The notes under the pieces are model-generated. The model made no database searches and had not been told where the DNA came from. It saw only the letters and a list, made by a program, of their open reading frames with translations. Shown here piece after piece: positions 9,470-15,787 of a DNA stretch of 15,787 nucleotides. Numbering within the stretch: position 1 is the first letter of the stretch; each line of letters starts with the position of its first letter. This DNA comes from Nitrospirota bacterium. GTDB lineage: Bacteria > Nitrospirota > UBA9217. The DNA is taken from positions 1 to 15,787 of the forward strand of contig JAOUEV010000070.1 in NCBI GenBank assembly GCA_029858565.1, given 5' to 3'. A program made the position numbers and the translations under genes.

Positions 9470-9545
9470 GTGATATTACGGTGTTTTACTCGGTAGATTG
9501 TTGATCCTCGAAATTGTTCAATGATTTTGGGGAAGTAGAGGAAGT
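9470..9545 (+). promoter_or_regulatory. CRISPR leader
   Basis: 76-nt AT-rich stretch between cas2 and repeat 1. It contains GGTAGATTGT, as in E. coli-like I-E leaders, and a partial IHF-like TTCAATGATTTT. Confidence 0.75.
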
Positions 9546-10428
9546 ATGTTCCCCGCACGTGCGGGGATGAACCGGAGCTTACCCTGTCCGGAGCTGGAGG
9601 CGATGAATGTTCCCCGCACGTGCGGGGATGAACCGAGCCGCGTCCCCGACAGAGGACGATCCCGTGCATGTTCCCCGCACGTGCGGGGATGAACCGATCG
9701 TATAGGAATCGAAACGGTCTTCGTCCACATGTTCCCCGCACGTGCGGGGATGAACCGAACGAGTGCAGTCCGTTCACTATGTTCCGCTGATGTTCCCCGC
9801 ACGTGCGGGGATGAACCGAGAGCGCCCCTGATACAGCCTGCACTGCGTCGATGTTCCCCGCACGTGCGGGGATGAACCGGTGGACCGGCTGTTCCGAGAC
9901 GCTCAGGACGGATGTTCCCCGCACGTGCGGGGATGAACCGTTCGTCTGCGCGTACGTCGAGCCCGGCTTCGAATGTTCCCCGCACGTGCGGGGATGAACC
10001 GATACGCAGGTGCGTTGCCGTGCTGCGACGCATATGTTCCCCGCACGTGCGGGGATGAACCGAAAGATTTAATATCATTTGAATTAACTTCATTATGTTC
10101 CCCGCACGTGCGGGGATGAACCGATCCACCTCCTTCTTAGTATTCCGCAGGCCATATGTTCCCCGCACGTGCGGGGATGAACCGGTTTAATGGGTTCGCC
10201 CTCTCGGTCCAGGTGAATGTTCCCCGCACGTGCGGGGATGAACCGTCAAAAGTGCTTGACTTGCTTTATCGCTTTGAATGTTCCCCGCACGTGCGGGGAT
10301 GAACCGAACGAGTGCAGTCCGTTCACTATGTTCCGCTGATGTTCCCCGCACGTGCGGGGATGAACCGATCAAGGCGGATATCAAGGCCCGCGGACGGCTA
10401 TGTTCCCCGCACGTGCGGGGATGAACCG
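9546..10428 (+). CRISPR. Type I-E CRISPR array: 15 identical 29-bp repeats and 14 spacers of 32 bp
   Basis: The repeat ATGTTCCCCGCACGTGCGGGGATGAACCG occurs at a strict 61-bp period from 9546 to 10400. Spacers 4 and 13 are identical. Confidence 0.99.
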
Positions 10429-10532
10429 GCCGTAAAGTGACTGTTTTTCGCTGAGAGGGACTTATTCCTTCCGCCTGTCGCGTCCTTTTCCCGTTGACCC
10501 CGTCAGTTCCGCCCGGTTAGTATTCATTCATT

Positions 10533-12362
10533 ATGGTCCCTGTACGCATACAGACCAAATTCCTGGTCCTGGTCCTGGGTATCCTGATCGTCCTGCTGAG
10601 CATTTTCTCCGCGATCATCATCCGGCGCGAGAACGCGCTGCTGGCTCGCAAGAACATCGAGCAGGAGCATCTGCTCGCGACCATCCTTGTGGCGAGCCTG
10701 AAGGACGACATGCTTGCGGGCAGGGCGCGAAGCACGGTGAAGCTGATGGAGGGCATGCAGGGCACCTACGGCCTCATCCACCTCATGGTCCTCCGGGAGA
10801 ACGGGACCCCGGCCTTTGGCGCGCCGGGCGATGTTGTCACGCTTCCCGAAGCGCGCGAAGCCTTCCGCACCGGACGCATCATCGAGATCACCGGCGCCGA
10901 CCGGCACACGAACTTTTTTCCGCTCAAGAACGAAAGCGAGTGCCGGCGCTGTCATGCGAAAGCGGGGGATGTGCTCGGGGTGATCATGATCTCCCATTCG
11001 CTGGGGGATTCCTTCGCGGAACTGCGCACGAACAAGTACCAGCTCGTGCTCCTCTTCTCCCTCCTGATCGCGGTGATCGGCGTCGCGATCTACATTGCGG
11101 TGCAGCGGGTCGTGCTGCAGCCCCTGCGTCAGCTTCACACCGGGGCGGAGATCATCGGCAAGGGGGATTTTACCCGTCCCATAGTCATCGAAAGCCGCGA
11201 CGAGTTCCAGGACCTGGCCTCCACATTCAATGACATGGCGGGAATGCTGAAAGAAACCTACGCGGGCCTCGAGAACATGGTCAAGGTCCGGACCGCGGAA
11301 TTGAATGAGAGCGTGCGGCTCATGAGGGGAATCCTTACGAGCATGTCGAGCGGCGTGGCGCTGCTGACCTCGGAGGGGCTGGTAAAACTTATGAACCGGC
11401 AGGGCGCCTGGATCCTCGGCCGCGGACACGAGGACCTGGTGGGCCGTAAGCTTGCCGAAGTGGCGCCGGAGACGGCCGCATTCATGAAGGCCCGGGTGGG
11501 TTCGTACGAGGAGATCTCGGTCACGACTCCTGACCGGGTCACGGTCCCGATCGGATTCACCTCATCCTATTATACCGGCAGCGAAGGGGAGCAGGAAGGT
11601 CTGCTCATCGTGTTCCAGGACCTGACGGAACTGAAGATGCTCCAGTCCGCTTTGGTTGACCGCGAGCGGTTCGCGGCCATGGGCCGCGTGGTCGCGGGTG
11701 TCGCTCATGAGATCCGGAATCCCCTGTTCGGTATCAGCGCGATCGGCCAGATCCTGGAGCGGGACCTGCAAAGCCCGGAGCACCAGGAGCTGTCCCGCGC
11801 CCTCATTGCCGAGACGAAGCGCTTGAACCAGCTGGTCGAGGAACTGCTGATCTACGGCAGGCCCATGAAGCTGAAGCTCGAGGAGGCTGACCTCCGGGTG
11901 CTGTGGGAAGAGGTCCTGGACATGCACCGCGAGGAGCTCAAGAAAAAGAACATCACCATGACCGGCGACTACGCGGTGCGCCATCCCTACGCGCTCTTCG
12001 ATCCCCATCAGATCCGGCAGGTCTTTCTGAACCTGCTGCGCAATGCCATGGAGGCCACGCCCGATGGCGGCCTGATCGCGATCACCATGCTCCTGGAGGA
12101 CGACTTCATCCTCTTCCGCGTCACTGACACGGGCACGGGGATCCCGAAACAGCACCTGGACCACGTCTTCGACCTCTTCTTTACCACCAAACCCAAGGGC
12201 ACAGGTCTGGGTCTTGCCATCTGCCGCAAGATCATGCAGGACCACGGCGGGGACATCGCCATCGAGAGCGAGGCACGCAAGGGCACGACCGTGACCATCA
12301 AGCTGCCTTTCCGCATGGTCGCCTGGCCCGGTCCGCGATCGGCCTCCGGCCTCAAGGTTTGA
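10533..12362 (+). CDS. Membrane sensor histidine kinase (extracytoplasmic CxxCH domain, HAMP, PAS, HisKA, HATPase)
   Basis: 609 aa with two hydrophobic segments flanking CRRCH. HAMP DEFQDLASTFNDM, H-box AHEIRNPL, N-box NLLRNAMEA, DTGTGI, FFTTKPKGTGLGL. Confidence 0.93.
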   Translation: MVPVRIQTKFLVLVLGILIVLLSIFSAIIIRRENALLARKNIEQEHLLATILVASLKDDMLAGRARSTVKLMEGMQGTYGLIHLMVLRENGTPAFGAPGDVVTLPEAREAFRTGRIIEITGADRHTNFFPLKNESECRRCHAKAGDVLGVIMISHSLGDSFAELRTNKYQLVLLFSLLIAVIGVAIYIAVQRVVLQPLRQLHTGAEIIGKGDFTRPIVIESRDEFQDLASTFNDMAGMLKETYAGLENMVKVRTAELNESVRLMRGILTSMSSGVALLTSEGLVKLMNRQGAWILGRGHEDLVGRKLAEVAPETAAFMKARVGSYEEISVTTPDRVTVPIGFTSSYYTGSEGEQEGLLIVFQDLTELKMLQSALVDRERFAAMGRVVAGVAHEIRNPLFGISAIGQILERDLQSPEHQELSRALIAETKRLNQLVEELLIYGRPMKLKLEEADLRVLWEEVLDMHREELKKKNITMTGDYAVRHPYALFDPHQIRQVFLNLLRNAMEATPDGGLIAITMLLEDDFILFRVTDTGTGIPKQHLDHVFDLFFTTKPKGTGLGLAICRKIMQDHGGDIAIESEARKGTTVTIKLPFRMVAWPGPRSASGLKV

Positions 12363-12447
12363 CGATTTTTCTTGATTTTTTCGGTCAATCGGACAATAAT
12401 GCCCCGCTTGTCAAACAAGTTCCCCTAATTCCAAGGAGGTTTCTCTC

Positions 12448-13098
12448 ATGCGTATCATTCTGTTGGGCGCGCCGGGCGCGGGCAAAGGCACGGTGGCCAA
12501 GCTGTTGACTGCTTTGGACGGTTCGGTTCAGATCTCGACGGGCGATATCCTGCGCGGCGCGGTAAAGGCCGGCACGGCTTTGGGCAAGGAAGCAAAAGGC
12601 TACATGGACAGCGGCGGCTTGGTGCCCGATTCCCTGATCATGGGCATCATGGAGCAGCGGCTCCAGGAGAAGGACTGCCAGCAGGGCTTCCTGCTCGACG
12701 GGTTCCCGCGCACCATCCCCCAGGCCGACGAGCTGGGCACGCTGCTCACGAAGCTGAACATCAAGCTCGACCTCGTGGCGAACATCGATGTTCCCCGCGA
12801 CGTGATCCTGGACCGCCTGACCACGCGGCGCACCTGCTCCAACACCTCGTGCCAGGAGATCTACAACATAAAGAGCAATCCCCCGGCAGCCGGCGACAAG
12901 TGCAAGAAGTGCGGCAGCCCGACGATCCAGCGTGCCGACGAGACCGTGGAGGCCATCTCCAAGCGGCTCGACGTGTACAACGAGAAGACCGCGCCGCTGA
13001 TCGGCTACTATGACAAGAAGGGCCTGCTGCTCACGATCAAGGAAGCTTCGAGCGACGGTGTTGTGAACGCGATCAAGAACGGTATTGCGAAGAAGTAA
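12448..13098 (+). CDS. adk: Adenylate kinase with zinc-binding lid
   Basis: 216 aa with P-loop GAPGAGKGT, ISTGDILR, LLDGFPRT, and lid CSNTSC...CKKC. SD AAGGAGG. Confidence 0.97.
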   Translation: MRIILLGAPGAGKGTVAKLLTALDGSVQISTGDILRGAVKAGTALGKEAKGYMDSGGLVPDSLIMGIMEQRLQEKDCQQGFLLDGFPRTIPQADELGTLLTKLNIKLDLVANIDVPRDVILDRLTTRRTCSNTSCQEIYNIKSNPPAAGDKCKKCGSPTIQRADETVEAISKRLDVYNEKTAPLIGYYDKKGLLLTIKEASSDGVVNAIKNGIAKK

Positions 13099-13120
13099 GA
13101 ACACTGTTGGCAGGTAGTTC

Positions 13121-13174
13121 GTCATCCCTGTGAAGCTTGTCCTCGAATGATGTAATCGGGGCGCGGGGATCCAG
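13121..13174. repeat. REP-like palindromic element (GTCATCCC...GGGGATCCAG type)
   Basis: GTCATCCCTGTGAAG-CTTGTCCTCGA...TCGGGG-CGCGGGGATCCAG has nested stems. Its antisense translation WIPAPR...FTGMT is typical of this repeat class. Confidence 0.6.
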
Positions 13175-13186
13175 TGAACACCCACG

Positions 13187-13215
13187 GCGGGATGGAATTC
13201 CATCCCGCTTTTTTT
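13187..13215 (+). terminator. Intrinsic terminator of adk
   Basis: Perfect palindrome GCGGGATGGAATTCCATCCCGC followed by T7. Confidence 0.9.
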
Positions 13216-13230
13216 ACGCTGAGAATCCTT

Positions 13231-13259
13231 TTGACAGGATCCACCTATTCTGATATCCT
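13231..13259 (+). promoter_or_regulatory. Sigma70 promoter upstream of the Imm40-like gene
   Basis: TTGACA-17 bp-TATCCT with an extended TGn, just after the adk terminator. Confidence 0.6.
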
Positions 13260-13350
13260 CGCCGCATTGTTCGCCTTAAAAAATCGCTGACTTATAGAGT
13301 TGTTTTGCAAGAGCCGATGTTCTTGAAGATATTACATTGAGGGTATTCAA

Positions 13351-13689
13351 GTGAGTTGCAAAAGGGATTATGAGAAATTTGTAAAACATCATGGAATTAC
13401 CCTGCCTGAGGTCGCTGATATCGCTTTAATTCTTGAAGATGCGCTTGCCGCAATAAAGTTGGCAAGGGATGCCGGGATTCCGATTCTGGGCGGCGACGTC
13501 TATATGCGTCGGGGCGGCAGGATAACACTAGCTAATGCGAACTGGCATACTGATCCGCAACAAGGGGAGAGCTTAGAAGTATACGCACATCGCACGTGGG
13601 CAGAAAGTGATGCCTATCTGCGCCGGTACCCTAAAACCGCCGGTGCAGACTCACTCTTCGTGCTTGTCATCAGTGACTTGGTCTTATAA
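13351..13689 (+). CDS. Imm40-like polymorphic-toxin immunity protein (orphan)
   Basis: 112 aa, GTG start with GAGGG upstream. The motif pattern IPILGGDVY...NW...YL..Y...LFVLV resembles Imm40-family proteins. Confidence 0.65.
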   Translation: MSCKRDYEKFVKHHGITLPEVADIALILEDALAAIKLARDAGIPILGGDVYMRRGGRITLANANWHTDPQQGESLEVYAHRTWAESDAYLRRYPKTAGADSLFVLVISDLVL

Positions 13690-13878
13690 ATGTGGTTCTT
13701 AATGGCAGCCGGTAGGCCGTGCAGTTTTTTTGCCCAACATTTTTGTAGTTCTGTTAATGGAACATGTTGTGTTTCACATTGTTCAGTCAAGCCCACGAAT
13801 TGTTCCATTCCACCCATTTTGTTCCCAATATTGTTGTACGCTGGATAATCACTGACACTTTAATAACTACATTCATTA

Positions 13879-13908
13879 TTGCCTCCCGCCCGACCGGTCA
13901 ACTATAAT
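13879..13908 (+). promoter_or_regulatory. Sigma70 promoter of the fadL-like gene with palindrome in the spacer
   Basis: TTGCCT-18 bp-TATAAT. The spacer contains the palindrome GACCGGTC. SD GGAGGA precedes ATG 13944. Confidence 0.6.
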
Positions 13909-13943
13909 AGAACCAATCTCGCGAAAAGATCCGGGGAGGACCT

Positions 13944-15260
13944 ATGATTATAAGTGCGGAGTGTGGAGTGCGGAGTGCGGAATGTGCGGCAAAAACAAGG
14001 AACAGCAAATTAGCATGCATATCCTTGATGGTGATTGTCGTCGCAGTTCTTTGTGCTTCAACGAGTTTTGCAGCGGGATTCCGGCTTCCTGACCAGGATG
14101 CTGCTGCCATGGGTATGGCGGGCGCGTTCAGCGGCCAGGCGGACAATGCGTCAGCTGTCTGGTACAATCCTGCTGCCATGACCGGTCTTGATGGCACGAG
14201 TGTCTCTGCCGGGGTTGTCGCCATTTACCCGGTGCTTACTCATGAGAACAACACGGTCAATCCCGGAAGCACGGACGTGTCCGAGCGGAAGATCCATCTG
14301 CCTGCCAATTTCTACGCAACGCACAGGTTGAATGAACGCGCTGCCATCGGCATCGGCCTGAACAGCCCCTTCGGCCTTTCCACGAACTGGGATCCGAACA
14401 GCAGCAGCACAAGATACGTGACCACCTTCACCAAGGTCGTTTCCATGGAGGCGAATCCGAATGTGGCGTATAAGTTGAACGACAACACGTCATTGGCCTT
14501 TGGCCTTGCTTACGTGCAGCTTCGCGCCACCATGGAGAAGACCGTGAACGTAATACTTCCCGGGCCAACGCTGCTGGGGGATCATAATTTCCGCTTGAGC
14601 GGTGACGGCGAGGGGTGGGGATTCAATGCCGCGGTCATGCGGAAGTTTTCCGACAAGGTGAACGCAGGGCTTTCGTATCGCAGCAGGGTCAAGGTGGACC
14701 TGGAGGGCGACGCGTCCTTGACCGGCGGACCTGCTGCAACGGCAGGGACGGGGAAAACAACGATCACCCTTCCGGACCTTATCCAGCTTGGCGTTTCCTA
14801 TAAGGCCTCTGATCGCCTGACCGTGAACACTGATCTCGACTATACCCTGTGGTCGACCTACGACAGGATCGTGGTCACTTCGGACAATCTCTTGTTCAAC
14901 GCGACCGAGGAAAAGCAGTGGCATGATGTCTGGTGCCTCAGGATCGGGGGCCAGTATCTGCTGTCTGACCAGTGGAAACTGCGGGCAGGCTATGTTTATG
15001 ACAAGAGCCCCATCGGCAGTTCGCGCTTTGACACCAGCACCCCTGACGCGGACCGCCAGGGCATTACGATCGGGACGGGGTATGGAGCAGGCAATATGAC
15101 CGTTGACCTGGCCTACATGTACCTGCGGTTCAACAAACGGACCATTGACAGCAGTCTGGCGGACAATGATATAAATCCTCTGACACCCGACGATTCCCTG
15201 AACGGCGCCTATAAATCCATGGCGCATCTTGCAGCGATCACTATTGGGTATAAGTTCTAG
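13944..15260 (+). CDS. OmpP1/FadL/TodX-family outer-membrane transporter
   Basis: 438 aa with a signal peptide ending SFA-AGF, motifs ADNASAVWYNPAAM and SPFGLST-W, amphipathic beta strands and C-terminal GYKF. Confidence 0.93.
   Translation: MIISAECGVRSAECAAKTRNSKLACISLMVIVVAVLCASTSFAAGFRLPDQDAAAMGMAGAFSGQADNASAVWYNPAAMTGLDGTSVSAGVVAIYPVLTHENNTVNPGSTDVSERKIHLPANFYATHRLNERAAIGIGLNSPFGLSTNWDPNSSSTRYVTTFTKVVSMEANPNVAYKLNDNTSLAFGLAYVQLRATMEKTVNVILPGPTLLGDHNFRLSGDGEGWGFNAAVMRKFSDKVNAGLSYRSRVKVDLEGDASLTGGPAATAGTGKTTITLPDLIQLGVSYKASDRLTVNTDLDYTLWSTYDRIVVTSDNLLFNATEEKQWHDVWCLRIGGQYLLSDQWKLRAGYVYDKSPIGSSRFDTSTPDADRQGITIGTGYGAGNMTVDLAYMYLRFNKRTIDSSLADNDINPLTPDDSLNGAYKSMAHLAAITIGYKF
13953..13980 (+). 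repeat. Four tandem 7-bp units (AGTGYGG) in the 5' coding region of the FadL-like gene
   Basis: AGTGCGG AGTGTGG AGTGCGG AGTGCGG followed by a degenerate AATGTGCGG. Confidence 0.9.
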
Positions 15261-15286
15261 TGTTTTGCTGAAAAAGGCCCGGTATT

Positions 15287-15324
15287 GTCATTGCGAGAAG
15301 CGATCCCGTAGTATGGGATCGCTT
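15287..15324. other. Stem-loop after the FadL-like gene, preceded by a REP-like GTCATTGCGAG head
   Basis: AAGCGATCCC-gtagtat-GGGATCGCTT (15298-15324) with no strong U-tract. It may be a terminator, a stability element or a decayed REP. Confidence 0.45.
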
Positions 15325-15410
15325 GTAAAGAAACTGAAAATTATTGAAAAACCGCCTTTTTTTATTTGCCTCCGGCGGCCTGAGGTGCTAAACTTGGTTC
15401 GTAAGATACC

Positions 15411-15787
15411 ATGCCCTTTAATCTTTACGACAAGAAGATCCTCCTGACCGACGACTCGACCATCATGCGGATGGTCATCTCTCTTCATCTCAAACGATTC
15501 ACCGGAGCGCAGATCACCGAGGCCGTGAACGGACGGGAAGCGCTCGCCAAGCTCACCCAGGAACCCTTCGATCTCCTGATCACGGATATCAATATGCCGG
15601 AAATGAACGGCATCGAGCTGGTGCGGCATCTCCGGACCGGTCTGAACAATCCCATTCCCATCATCATCATCACCACCAAGGGCGAGGTCAAGGACCGGGA
15701 GCTCGGCATGCAGCTCGGCGCGAACCGCTACCTCACCAAACCGGTGGATCCCAAATCCCTCATCATGACCGTGCTGGACCTGCTCCC
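15411..15787 (+). CDS. Response-regulator receiver domain protein (CheY-like), truncated by window end
   Basis: Absent from the ORF track because it has no stop in the window. It reads MPFNLYDKKILLTDDS...DLLITDINMPEMNG...IIITT...YLTKPVD, with DD, the phospho-Asp, T and KP conserved. Confidence 0.92.
   Translation, partial: MPFNLYDKKILLTDDSTIMRMVISLHLKRFTGAQITEAVNGREALAKLTQEPFDLLITDINMPEMNGIELVRHLRTGLNNPIPIIIITTKGEVKDRELGMQLGANRYLTKPVDPKSLIMTVLDLL

Noticed and set aside
9941-9972. Spacer 7 resembles the RM gene near 2620-2651 (20/32 nt) and shares a short GGCTTCGA stretch with glnA
   Set aside because: Identity is too low and the mismatches are scattered. Matches of this level are expected by chance over both strands of 15.8 kb. 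I found no convincing self-targeting spacer in the window by eye.
10124-10140. Spacer 10 resembles the 16S rRNA 3' end (GATCACCTCCTT) and 13238-13246
   Set aside because: Explained by an antisense Shine-Dalgarno sequence. The rest of the spacer does not match.
10461-10489. Possible degenerate 16th repeat one period after the last repeat
   Set aside because: Only a weak TTCC...CCGC resemblance, with no hairpin and no GATGAACCG, so it is not counted.
10524-13203. Long antisense ORFs over the kinase and adk (likewise over glnA, glnN and fadL)
   Set aside because: Shadow frames of GC-rich coding genes with no recognisable motifs.

Overview
Bacterial chromosomal window. A nitrogen-assimilation locus (3' end of a P-II gene, type I glnA, and a convergent sigma54-driven type III glutamine synthetase) is interleaved with defence and accessory genes. 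These are a single 860-aa ORF fusing a XamI-like restriction endonuclease to an N6-adenine methyltransferase across an A9 tract, an orphan higA preceded by a 20-codon higB remnant, a hicB-hicA toxin-antitoxin pair, and a type I-E cas1-cas2 plus 15-repeat CRISPR array with no Cascade/cas3 genes in the window. A diverged 66-bp copy of part of the glnA 3' region lies 6 kb downstream of glnA. The right part holds a CxxCH-containing sensor histidine kinase, adk, an orphan Imm40-like gene, a FadL-family outer-membrane transporter with a 7-bp tandem repeat at its 5' end, and a receiver-domain protein cut off by the window edge. Family calls come from motif recognition only; no searches were run.
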